Source: Camelus ferus (lineage: Eukaryota). From it: a stretch of DNA of 64,000 nucleotides. The stretch covers positions 70,992,001 to 71,056,000 of the forward strand of contig NC_045697.1 of NCBI RefSeq assembly GCF_009834535.1. The letters run 5' to 3'. Both the position numbers and the translations under genes were made by a program. The notes beneath the pieces were generated by a model. The model searched no databases and was not told the origin of the DNA. It saw nothing but the letters and a program-made list of their open reading frames with translations. Positions 1 to 12,528 of this stretch are shown piece by piece (position 1 is the first letter of the stretch; the number at the start of each line of letters is the position of its first letter).

Positions 1-96
1 GAGTACTTAATTTAAATTTTCTGTGATTAAATTATTAGGCTTGAATCTATCATTTTACTACGTGCTTTCTATTTTTCCCATCTGCTTTTTGTTCTT

Positions 97-127
<31 letters not shown>

Positions 128-129
128 TT

Positions 130-1760
130 TTTGCCTCATTTTGGATTAATTGAATTTTTTATGATTTTATTTTATCTCATTCGTTGGCTTATTAGCTACA
201 GTGTTTGCTTTGTGATTTTAGTGGTTGCTTTAGGGTTCACGCCATGCTTGTTTTACCTTATCCCAGTCTACCTTAAGTGCCATTAAAATACTCCATGTAC
301 AGTATAAGGATCTAACCGTATATTTTCGTATCTTTTCTTCTGAGCTTTGGGCTATTGTTATCTTACATTTTACATGTATTTTAGACCCATCACTACATTA
401 TTATTATTTTTATTTAAACAGTCCATGATCTCATAGACAATGTATTAATTAGAAAAAACTGTACATTTGTTCATATAGTTACTATTATGAGACAATTCTT
501 AATGAGTTTCCCCTATTTCTGAACATCTTGTGAGCAAAGGCACTAAAAGCTTTTTTCAGACTATCTTTCCAAGGATGTTTATGTAATGAACAGCCTTCGA
601 TAAAACTAAAATAGTGTCTCCCTCTGGTACAGAGGGCATGAGTTTTTGCTATCTTTTATCCTGAAGGTAATGATTTCCTCCTGGACAAAGTTTGGACAGA
701 TTTGCTTGCTGCCTATTAAAAATTGTATTTTACTACATTCAGGGTTTTTTACTTACGAGGAACCATGTGCATCACACATCTAGGTCAACCTGCTTTACCA
801 CACGGGCCTTGGATGGCATGGAGACCTGGCAAGAACACTTGCTGTGTTATGAGTAACAAAGTTCTTTGCCTCTGACCCAGGAGTCTTGTATCTTTTGCCA
901 GCACCCAGGAAACAGTGGAAGGCTAACTAATTAACTTGCAAATAGAGTAAAAGCTCAGATCATTTCTAGTTTGTGATAATTAGTATTTCTGGGGCTCTTC
1001 ATTCCTTAATGTAGACACAGATTTTCATCTGGTATCATTTTCCTTCTGCCCAAAGGACTTCCTTTAATATTTCTTGGCATGTGATGGATTCTGTCAGCCT
1101 TTGTATGGTCAGGAAGGTTTTTTTTTCTGCTTTTCTGAAGGATATATTTGCTGAATAAAGGATTCTAGGGATGAAGTTTTCTTTCTTTTTTAAATTTCAG
1201 TACTTCTTAAAAACATCCTTCCACTATCTTCTTGCCTGTGTTGATTCTTATGAGATATTCGTTATTTATTTTTTTCTGTGCATAATGTTTCTCTGGCTGC
1301 TTTTAAGATTTTTCTCTTAATGATTAGTTATGAGCAATTTGATTATTTTGATGTTCTTTTATTTATGATTTTTGTGTTTTGTATTAAGCTTCTTGCATAT
1401 ATAGGTTTATAATTTCTATCAAATTTAGAAGTTTTTGAACCATTATTCTTCAATTATTTTTTGTCTCCTCCACTCCTCTCTCCCTTTCCTCTGTAGACTC
1501 AACTGAAGATATATTGAGCCTCTAGAGTTATCCCACAGTTCACAGATTCTCTTTCCATTTTCTTTTTCAAATTATTTTATTTGGGGTAGTTCCTATCATT
1601 AGGACTTAATGCAGCGAATCTTTTCTTCTGCAATATGTAATCTGCCCTTAATCCCAGTCAGCATAGTTTTTCAACTCACAGATTGTAGTTTCCATTAGCA
1701 GAGCTTTGAGTCTTTTGTTAACATCTTCTGTGTCTTGATTTAATTTTGAACATCTGGAAT
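130..1760 (-). mobile_element. Old LINE-1 (L1M-type) fragment, interrupted by an LTR at 488-978; boundaries approximate
   Basis: T-rich sequence with motifs typical of antisense old L1, e.g. ttttcatctggtatcattttccttctgcccaaaggacttcctttaatatttc and ttttctgaaggatatatttgctg. Confidence 0.65.
488..978 (+). mobile_element. Solo LTR, ERV1-class
   Basis: Starts with TG, ends with TGATA (degenerate ...CA), and is flanked by a perfect 4-bp duplication ATTA (484-487 and 979-982). The 3' part (ctctgacccaggagtcttgtatcttttgccagc...gtaaaagctcaga) resembles ERV1 LTR U5 sequence. Confidence 0.7.
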
Positions 1761-2908
1761 CAGGACCAGGACCAGGACCAGGGTGAGATATGAGCTATGT
1801 CTGGGTCACAAGTTTTAAGAAGGCATTAACCCTCAGGGATGTGCGAGTGCTCAACTCACTCTATTTGGAACACAGTTGTTACTGTTTTAATGCCCTTGTC
1901 TGCTAATTCTATTATCTGTGTCAGTTCTGTGTCTGTTTCAATTGATTGATTGATTGGTTGATTGATTTCCTCTTTCTAGATCATAAAAAAAATCTGTAAG
2001 GTTGTATATAAAACCTGTTTATCTGTTTTGGGCAGTCATATTTCTTAATTTAATCTCATTTATTTACATTTTTTACCCTATTTCATCAGTCACATATTTC
2101 TTATGTAGGTATATATCATGCAATGTTTGTTAACATGTAATTTTGGGGAAAAAAACCTTAAACTCACGGAAAAGTTGTAAAAATAACACAATAGACTCCC
2201 AAATATCCTTCCCCTTACTTGCCAGTTCCTAACATTTTTCCACAGTAAGTAAGTTGTAAATATTATTGTGAACTATTTTAATCATACTGGCACTTGTAAA
2301 GAAGAATACATCAAATTGTGAACTCGGTCCTCAAAGCATGGACTACTATTCTCATCTATGCCACTTACTGCAAATTCTTGCTACTGGCCAGAAAGCCTCC
2401 AGGGTAAGGTATGGAATGAGGAAAGTAAGTCCATCACTGCTATTCAGGGAGAAACAGCACTCTGTTGTGCTGGGGATAAGTTAGAACACACTCTTCAGAT
2501 ACAAATGAGAGCATAACTCTTGGAGATAAAAATAGTCCCTGCTTGTTCCTTTGGCAAAGCTTGTGCGATCAGTCTGTTCTCTTCCATCTGTAACTTTGTG
2601 CCTATGTGTTTCCTTTATCATAGTGTCGATTCCTCTTCAAACAACATAAGGCCATGGGAATGTGGGGTTAAGGCAGGGAAGGAAGAAAGCCTTATGGACC
2701 AAAATATTTAAATTGGATGTCGCCAGGGTATTTCCCAAGTTGGAAATGACTAATAGAGAGAAATGATTTGGGGACTGGGCTCCTCTCCAGACAAGTTTTA
2801 TAAGATCAGCTGTGCAGATTTACATTCTTCTGATTTTTTTTCCCCCTTGGAGACTTGAATCCTGAAGCTTTTGTTCAGCATCAGGAAAGGCAGTCTTAGA
2901 ATGCCATT

Positions 2909-3353
2909 TGTAGTTGATGCCTGGAGCCTCTGTCAAAATCCCCTCAACTCGGCTCTTTTGTTTCACCTGCCGTGGCCAGTTCTCTTTGCCCATAGGCTCA
3001 CCTAAGTGTCAGTCCCCAAGCAAACAGATGTCCTTCTGCATTCTGCCTTGTGTCCTTCTTAGACACAGCAGAAACTCCTGTGACCCACATGAAAACACAG
3101 AGCAAGAATCTTGGAGAGTTCATGTTCCCGGGGGCAGTCCTCAAACAATGGCAGTGGGTGGATAAATACTCCCATCTCTCAGCTTTCAAGGCCACAGGTC
3201 TTGGAAGCATTGTGTACATCAAGCCAGCATGGCATCCATCAGCAATCTTTCAGTCTCAGCCTCACTATTCCCTCACTCCTGCTTCCTGGGATGAGCTACC
3301 AGCATCCTAAGCCTTATTTCTGGCTCTGCTTTTGGGAAACACAAACTGAAACA
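2909..3353 (+). mobile_element. Solo LTR, ERVL-class (LTR16-like)
   Basis: TGTAGTTGATGC...GGAAACACAAACTGAAACA termini, a perfect 5-bp duplication CCATT (2904-2908 and 3354-3358), and an LTR16-like tail (ccctcactcctgcttcctgggat...tctgcttttggg). Confidence 0.75.
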
Positions 3354-6300
3354 CCATTCACTCCTTTGATGTAGTTAATGCCTGATTTACTGAAGGCGAC
3401 TGGATTTAACTTTGTTTGTTTTACCAAATGCCCACAAGAGCAAGGATAATGGCTATTTCATCTACCGTTTTATCTCCAGAGCCCAAAATAATCACTTGAG
3501 CGAAGAAATCCCTGGCTAAAAAAATAAATTAGTTAAGATGAGGCAAAAGAAAACCCATTCCTTATTCATAATTTTAAAAAATAACATGCACCCCTCTTGG
3601 AACTGCATAAATACTACTCAGGAATCCAGCTTCTGCCAATTGCTGTTGAATATGAGTGTGGAATAGAACTCTTTTCTGGGCTAGGAAAATTGTTTTTCAA
3701 ACTGAACAAAATAGTATTTTTAAGGGTGGATGACTATACTTATAAAAACATCTTAATAAACCTTTAATTGCCTTCTTAGTTTCCCTACTGCCTGAATATT
3801 TAGCAAGTAGAGTTAGTATGTATACATAGACGTCTCACTTATATTTATAAATTTATCTGTAGAGATGTAGTTGGATCTGTCTCCTTTTCACACTATAAAA
3901 ATGTAAAACAGTGTGTTTCCACTTCGGTCAAGAGAAGATAATTTTGCTAAACCAATTAGTTGGCTGGTTCTTGAGGCAATTTCCAAGCCTAACATGGAAA
4001 TAACTATGAGCTAGTTAATGCCGAGACTACATCATCTTCCATGTCTAACCTAGTTTTCCCCTAAACTCTGATGAGAGCATTATTTCCTCCATCATTTCTT
4101 ATTCCCTCTCATTTAAAATGTCTTTTTGTGTTCTTAACTGTTGCTTCAGGTTTGTTCTGAGAATCATAGAAATCCTACAGAGATTTAGGTCCGCTTGTTT
4201 CTCATTAAACTCAGAAAGTAAAACCCCTGTGCAACTTGCCCTGTAAAATGATGCGGACCTTCCTAATTGGACCAAATGTCAACAAGTAATTTTAGTTCAG
4301 CTTCTCTGATTCAAGTACTCTTTCTCCAACGCTATCAGTGGATTGTGTGCACCTGTGTCTGTGTGTCTGTATGTCTGTGTTTGGGTGGGTGGATGAGAGG
4401 TGAGAGGAGCACTAGCCTCCAAGTTAAGGACATCTTTTGGAGTCCAACACTCTACCCTGTGTCTCTTACCCCACTGTCGATGCCCTTTGATGACTTCTAC
4501 AAAGTGATCATTGCCTCCAAGTTATACATTTAGTTCACAATGGAAACTCCTGGTGATCTGGATTTTTCAGCTGCTCACAGACTACTGGTTACAACTCTGA
4601 TCTTCAGGTAAACTCTCTGCATTTGGGTTTATTATTTATTTTTATGCCTTATTTTTGATCAGATTCCACTATTTCCTCTCATATTCCTTCTACCCATATT
4701 TCTTCCTAGCCTGTGGTTAATCTTGTCTGGTATTTCTCTGTCATTTTATGCTTTCTTACAACGTTTGACAAGCAGGACGCAAGACCATCAGCACTGCCTT
4801 CTTTCAAAGAGGGTTCGCATCCTTAAATGTCTCTTTTATTTATTGCAATATGGGTCCCATCACTTGCTCCAGGTTATATCCAAACTCAGATTTCTAAGGA
4901 ATAAATTATAACTTGTTTCTAGTATGTCATATATCTCCCAGATAGCAGGAGACTACTTGCCATTCATTCATTTTTTTCATTCATTCAACTGGTATATAAT
5001 GAGCACCTTGTTCCAGGAACAGATGGATTTTCTTTAAATAGCTTGGAAGTGAATGTGTATATTGAACTCTGGCAACCACCTCCGATTTGTATATCAGCTT
5101 AATCAAAGTAAAATTTGATTTGGAAGCACAGGGGTTCGATTTGAAATAGATAGTGGCTATTTTTTAAAATGACTTTTTAAATATACAGTGTCAACTGGAG
5201 AGAGGCACTTTGAGGGAATGACATCGAGAAACCACGAGAAGGCCACAGGAGGGCCTACGATGGAGAATGAAGGTCAAGGTGAGGGAGGATGTTGCTGTGT
5301 TTTGATAGTGAGGGCTGAAAGATTGTGTTTGAGTGGGATGGGACTGTGAAACCATTGATAAATGTTGAAGAAGCCAAGATAAAGCCTCCAAAATGTGTAT
5401 GGAAACTGCAATGACTTGTTCCTCCAAGGCTCAGATTAAACAACATATATCTAAGACAAGGTGCTGTGGCTTCTGACTGTAGATTTTTGCTATAAATTTG
5501 CTAAGAATTAACCACTTTTTCAATTTCTATTTCCAAGGACATATTCTACGTCACTGCCAAAATTTGCTCCAGTCTCTCCGTCAGAGCAGTGAGATTAGAA
5601 GGCAAAGTTTTAGACCTAGAGTCCCATTTTCATATTGCTTTGCATGTCTCCAGGAATCAAATTTTTCTAATAATTAGAGTGGGGTCTACTCATACTTGGA
5701 CACTTCAGCAATTCTGCCTTCTAAGTTACTTGTCTGTAATTGGACCCAAAATTGTGGTAGCCAAAAATGTTGTGCTATGTTTATTAACAAAAATGTGGGA
5801 ATGACCATATAAATATTATTAAGAACAACAACAAAAAAAAGGGAATGACAAAAGAACACAATATTGTGTCAGCTTGATGCTGGAAACAGGTGACATATAG
5901 AAAGTCTGAGTCTGGAGTGTGAATGACCGATAAGGACTGGATGGGGCAGAGTTATGGGGAGGATGGACTGAGAGCAACCCAAGGAAGTGGACCTCAACAG
6001 ACCTAGAAGAGCATAAAAATGTTTGATTTGGGGTAAGCATCTAGGAACAAGAACAATTAGCTCAGTGTTTTCAGGTGACTTCCTAAGTGCGGTAGAATAA
6101 TTATTTTTCATAGTCTTTCTTTCAAGAACCAACAAGCTTGAGGAAATGGGTTTAATCACTGTGGCTATAAAACAAGTCATAGATGAGAAGTTAGGCTTCT
6201 GTGCTAAATTAAACCCAGCAACGTTCCATCTGTTTTTTTTCGGCTACAATCTCTATTGACAAAAGTGGCTTAATTTACACACAATATCTACTCCTTGCAA

Positions 6301-9300
6301 AAAAGCCTTGGTAATAGGAGGTCAAAAGCATTTGGTATGAAATTAATCAACCACCTTTTCAGCACGTTCCCCAAAGCATCAGTTTTGCCTTAGGATAGGG
6401 TTTGAGAGGGTTTCAAGTGGAAATGTTCTTTACAGGAGAAAAAGAATATTGGAAAAGAAATTAAAACCGAGGGGAAAAAAGTTTCAGCACAGATGGCCTG
6501 GTTTGTGATGGGAAAAGAGGTCAGGTGTAATACAGCTTTCCATTTCATTTCTAAAATGGAAAATGTCTGCATATTGGCAAGAAAGTCTGGTCTTCTGATT
6601 TAGCCAAGGAGGTCAGGTCAAAACTTTATCTTTTAAAGAAATAGATCATGTAATTGGTTGCTTGGAAGTAATTGAAAGTTGGCATAACTGGAGAACCATT
6701 GCCCCTGAAGACTCTCTCCTCTTAAATTGAGCAAATGTCAGAACGAGACATTAAAAAGCTAATGTTTGTCTTCTAATTCTCAAAGACTTTATTGTGTGTG
6801 TTTCCCGTGGACTTGTGTACATGAACTTTCCTAGGCTTGGGTAAACGGTTCATACCAGGCTGCCTCCGACCACTGATCCCTTAAATGGAAGCAGCATTTC
6901 AGAAACTATTACTGGACTTGAAATAGGGATTTGTAACTCCTTCAGACCCAGTGTCCTCTTTTTCATAACAAGCATTTTTTTGTTGTTATTAGTATCTGAT
7001 TTTTGTTAGTTTTTTAGAAAACAGAAACATAATATATAACACAAATAAGGACCTTAATCACTTTAAGCCCCACTTTTTCCTGTCACTGAACGTACCCATC
7101 ACAGTTCTTTTTTGAGAATATTTGCCTTGACACAATTTTGAGCTTTCTAGAAAAATATCACTAATTATGGCATTAGCAAAATTTTGGGGAGGATAAAAGG
7201 ATATTTTGCTATTTTGGCTTTTGATCATTCTTTTAAAAATATCCAATTAAAACATGTGCAGGGCTTTCAACATTCAAGTACTGCTAAAAGGCTTTCCACA
7301 TAAGCAATCTTGCTACACTGTGTTATCATCTTCCAGTCCTCCATACCTGCTCCTTAGAGATAATTCTTAACTATTAGCTGTTTACTCCGCTACATACCTC
7401 TATAGTTTTAAATACTATGCTTGTGCTATTATTTCTTTCTGTAGCTTTATTGAGGTGCCAGGCACTGTTACATGCTGAGAAGACAAAGAAAAGCAACAAT
7501 TCTTACTGAAGTGCCTGGTGAAGACGAACAATTACACAACACATTAAATGTTGACACAGAGGTAGTTCAGGATATTATGCATTTAGGAAGAAATGCCTGG
7601 TCCAAGTACTTAAGGCAAAATTGACATCTGCAAAGGGAAGGTTATTCCACATTGAAGATGTACGAATAAAGATCCCAAGGCTTAAGGAAACCTGGTGTTT
7701 TCTGAGCTTGTTAAATGTCTGGCCTGGTTGAAGCTCATGGGGAAAGTGGGGGTAGATGGACTGGCAAGATTTAGATCGTGAACAGACTTACATGCCACCT
7801 TGAAGATGTTGGACTTAGTCTCATAGACAATGTGGAGATGTTGGCAAGAAACTTAGATGTCCCCAGCACTTGGTGTAAAATGATTTCAAAATACAACTTG
7901 ACAAGTGTGCCTTAAGATGGGAGTTTAGGTCAAATTTGTTCCGAGCTAGTATTATATAATAGTTTTGAGCTTTGTTAATTCAGTTGGAGACTCTTCTCAA
8001 CTGACATCTTCCATAGACTGCAATGTGCAAAAGTGCTGTTCTGGTTGATGCAGAAAGCTCAGCCCCGTGACAACATCCCTGTAAACACAGTGTTCCAGGG
8101 AACAGTTCGCAAATCAAAGTTCTATCCTCCCGAGAGACTGAACAGGTAAATGGATATCTGGACAATTACTATTGAAGGGTAACTTCAATACGATCTTCGA
8201 GGAGAGCTCCTTCTACTATGTTTAGAATAGCTCCCTCCACAAAGCATCGTTCCGAAGACGCTTGTGGCACTGAGTCGGGTCTGCCTAGATTTTAATGCTT
8301 CCAGTGAAGGGGAGGCACCCACATTCTCCTGCAGTTTGTTCTCTAGTTACACAGCCTCAGCTTCTGCTTTTATGATAAGTAGGTATTGTTCTGATTTAAG
8401 TGAGGTCTTTTGGAATAACCAATTCAATGTTAATAGCCATTATGTCTCTTTCTGTTCACCTTTTAGGTTTCTTCAGTCTGTCCTTAAAGCAGACCCTCTC
8501 CCCTGCTGGGTCTCCACACTCCCAAATGCATTCCAATTTGCCAGTGTTACCTCTTGAAAATGTGATCACCAGGAATAGATACAACATTTCTTTCGCTACT
8601 TCTTGCCTCCCATTACTATGTATGCAATTATTAAAAAAAATATATCATGAAAAGTTTTCATCAGGGGCTTTTCTGGTTCGTGTTACCTTCAACTATATAC
8701 AAAAGGAAGATCCCTGAAACAGAGAGTAAAAAGGCATTACAAAGCAGCTCAGTGTTAAACCAGGCACTGTCTTCATGTTTGACGGAGCACTGACATTTAG
8801 CAGCATATGGAAAATTGACAGGCTGTCAAGACTGCCAGGCTTTTTTTTGTGAGTGTGTGTGTGGAAAAAATAAGACCCTAGAACAATGAGAGGAATATAG
8901 CAGAGGCTCCATGTTTGTGGAATGAATAAAGCAAAAGGTCACCTACCATGGGAAAAGGACCTCTCTTTAGTCTCAGGATCTCAGATTTATCCAACTCAAG
9001 GGGCTTCCAGTCTTGAAGAAATTGTAGGTAGGCAAGGCAAGCTGAGAGGTTCCTGTTTCTCAACAGTGTGATAAGAGGGGTCCAGTGAGTGGGAGACATG
9101 AAGTAGTCAAGAAAAGTGTGAGACGTCAAAGTCACTGCCACTGTCCCTCCTGTGGGGCTGGCTTCACGTCAGGGACCTGTTTTCTAGGCAGAAAGACGGA
9201 TGTGTCCTCAAGTTTATTGTTTCAAATGGATGCGGCGGTGGTGGGAAGGGAAGAAGTGTTTCAGGACAAGCTCATTTGGGGGCTTCAGCATCGTCATGAC

Positions 9301-9879
9301 ACTCTCTGGCTCACGCTGCAAGACACTTCCCCTCTGATATGCTATCCTAGGGAGAGCCATGGTCTCTGTCCACAGAGGTTCCTCCCCTCCCCACTTTGTT
9401 CCCCTCATCATACAAGTTTAGAGTATGAAGACTTTTTCTTTTCTTCAAAAAGTATTTTAAAAGAATATAAGTGGAGGATATTTTAGATAGGAAAAACTGC
9501 TGACCTAGGGTCAGTCAAATTTAGCTCTTAATCCTTGAAAAGCTAGATAAGTTAGCACTGAGTTTGAACCCCATGAGATGTAAGTCACCTTGGGGATGGG
9601 TGAAGAGGGGCAGGGGACACGAGGCTGTATCTATGTGTGTGTGAGTGTGTGTGTGTGTGAACCAAAGATTCATGGGAATAAGCAACTTAAGAATTCAGAA
9701 GTTTCTGTGAAAGTGAAGGAGGTAGATCTAATAACTGATGATCTGGCAATGTCACTGCTTTTAGAGAAATAACTTCAGTTTTACATTGATTTTTTTGATA
9801 GATGGAATTATTATGCAAAAATATACATTGTTACTTTCCTAACTACCGAGCAAAAAGACCAAGCAATACTCACATCAAC

Positions 9880-12315
9880 TGCTTATTTTAATGTCAAATG
9901 TTTATTTCTATGCCATAGTTGCCTCAGCACAATTTGTAAAAGAAACGAATCCAAAAAAATGAATTTTTTTTTTGTCAGGACATTTTCTCTGCAGTTTTAG
10001 GAAAGAAAATAAACACCTTGGTACCAGAATTAGCATTTCTTTCATGTCATTCTAATAAGTTGCATCTAAATATTTTCCTTGGGGTTTTTTGTTTGTTTGT
10101 TTTATTGTTTTTTTTTGGATGGAAGAATATCCACAGGAAAAACACATTTGAATTCATCAAAATAAATTTGGGATAGTCTTTGTCAGAGAATATATCTAGA
10201 TCATCTTTGTTTTGGTACACTATGTAACTAATTGCCATATTCTTATTATTTAATATAACAGGCATACTTTATTACACAAAACAAAAGGTACTGAAAATGA
10301 ACAATGTTAGAAACAAACTGAAATTTGGTGTATCTTAACTCTTCAGGTGATTAGATATTAGCTGAAGTGCCGGTATACAAATTTCATATCAATACAAATG
10401 CAACTCTCTTCTGAACGCACTTAGTAGCTTAGTTAATTTTGATTTAGCAGATAGGGCATCTGATACAACTGAAACAACCTGATAACAATTTTGTTTTCAA
10501 TAAAAAGGAATGCTCTGGTGTCTTAACTGGCTCCCAAATTCAAGGGAGCCAGAAGATGGCATTTGCTCTTTAAATATATTTCTCTTGTCTGATTGTAGAC
10601 ACAAATCCACCAAGATTCTTACAGCGGAAGTAGGCACCACACCTTAGCTCACGAGGCCCCCAGAGAAGCCGGTTAAAGGAAATCGGTGATGCGTGGTGGT
10701 GGGCCCAGCACCTAGAAGACAGCGTGGTGGTTGTGCACGTGAATCCCTTCAGCAGACTCAGGGAAAGGATGAGAGTTATTTACGTTCATGCACATTTTAT
10801 TGAGTAGTAATATAAAATGCTTTTTCTTTTTTCATTGTTACAAGTGCATGCTTTGATTGCCAACATTTCAGAAGTCAAATTACAAAGGCAAGGCTTTAGG
10901 CTGTAGTGAATTACTTGGGCACTTATACAATTGTTAAAAAATATGAATGGACTTTTGTTGTTGTTTTCAGAATGAACCAGTTGTAACCCGTAACTGATAT
11001 ACAAAGGGAAAAAAGTGAAAAAAGTACATATTTTGTGGCACATGACAGAACAGAACAAAATAACTAAACTGTTATGACGTTAACAGTTACCATGCATTTA
11101 GAGTTTCACATGTAACTACAAACTTATTTAAATTTCACAAGGTTTGCTAAACATGCTAACCATCTATATGTGCACTGACAAGCTTATGTTAAAAACTTTT
11201 AAGAATACTCTCCCCTTTAGATTTTTTCAAAGCTTTTTTTGATTACAAAATTTCAAAGGCATTAAGCATTTTAGAGAATATAAAGTACGCCAGTATACAT
11301 ACATTTCCAGTATATGTCAGACCACTAAGCGCATTACAGTCCCATACAGGCCGATACAGCCATTTTTTTTTTTCTTAAAAAACATGCATAGGCAGATTTT
11401 TTTTTTTTTACAGAATATAGATGCTTTATCACTGTACTTAATATGGTGTCTTGTTTACTATACTTAAAAATGCACCACTCATAAATATTTAATTCAGCAA
11501 GCCACAACCAAGACTTGATTGATCAACAAAACCCCTAAATATAAAGAGCAAAAAAAAAAAAAAAAAAAAAGATAGATGTAATTATTCCAGTTTTTTAAAA
11601 CTTAAAGAAAAGAAAAGAAGTTCATTGCCAAAGTAGTAAGTGTTATGTGGAAAGAAAGGCATTCGAGCACACTAAAGAAACCTGAGGTAAGCATAATCTG
11701 TACAAAATTAAACTGTCCTTTTTGGCATTTTAACAAATTTGCAACATTCTTTTTTTTTTTTTTCTTTTTCTGTTTTTTTTTTTTTAAGACTGCCTAATTC
11801 ATTTTATAGCCATTGTCTGACAAGAGTAGCAAAACATTATCAATAAATAGTCCTTATTTAGTTTGTACATCATTTTGTTAAAAATGTTTGATGTCATCCA
11901 TTTTTAGTGCTGCAACTGTAAACGTACAATAGAGTAAGAAATTAGACAAAGTTTTCATGTCCAGTAACATAATAAAAGACCCTTCATTAACCTATCTAGA
12001 AGTCCCCAACGCAGTAGGAAAACATGTTCATTCCCCTAACATTGCAGTATATACTAGCATTAGCTTTCTTTTTAAATTTTTCTTCTATAAGCATTTTTAA
12101 AAGGCATACCCCAAAGAGGTGTTTAATCACCACCCCCACCAAAATATAGTTTATTATCTCTCTCCCTCTTTTTAAATGATAGTGTAAACTGAATCCAACA
12201 CCTGGCCCCAGAGCAAACAAGCTACCATCAGAGGCGAGAACATCCAACTGCTGATATGTAGCAATCCCCATCATGCCCTGCGGCTCAAAAAAAAAAAAAA
12301 GTGAACAGGAAGTGG
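9880..12315 (-). other. PPP3CA: PPP3CA 3' UTR (~2.4 kb, AU-rich; 3' end approximate)
   Basis: Continuous AU-rich sequence with no recognisable transposon, from the stop codon to the AATAAA/ATTAAA pair near 9890-9906. Confidence 0.8.
9887..9906 (-). terminator. Distal polyadenylation signal (AATAAA at 9906-9901 plus ATTAAA at 9892-9887)
   Basis: Minus strand reads AATAAAcatttgacATTAAAataagcagttgatgtgagtattgcttggtctttttg, with a GU/U-rich element downstream. Confidence 0.75.

Positions 12316-12528
<213 letters not shown>

Noticed and set aside
1761..1783. (CAGGAC)n short tandem repeat
   Set aside because: It is a simple four-copy slippage repeat, probably at the edge of a degenerate repeat element that I could not classify.
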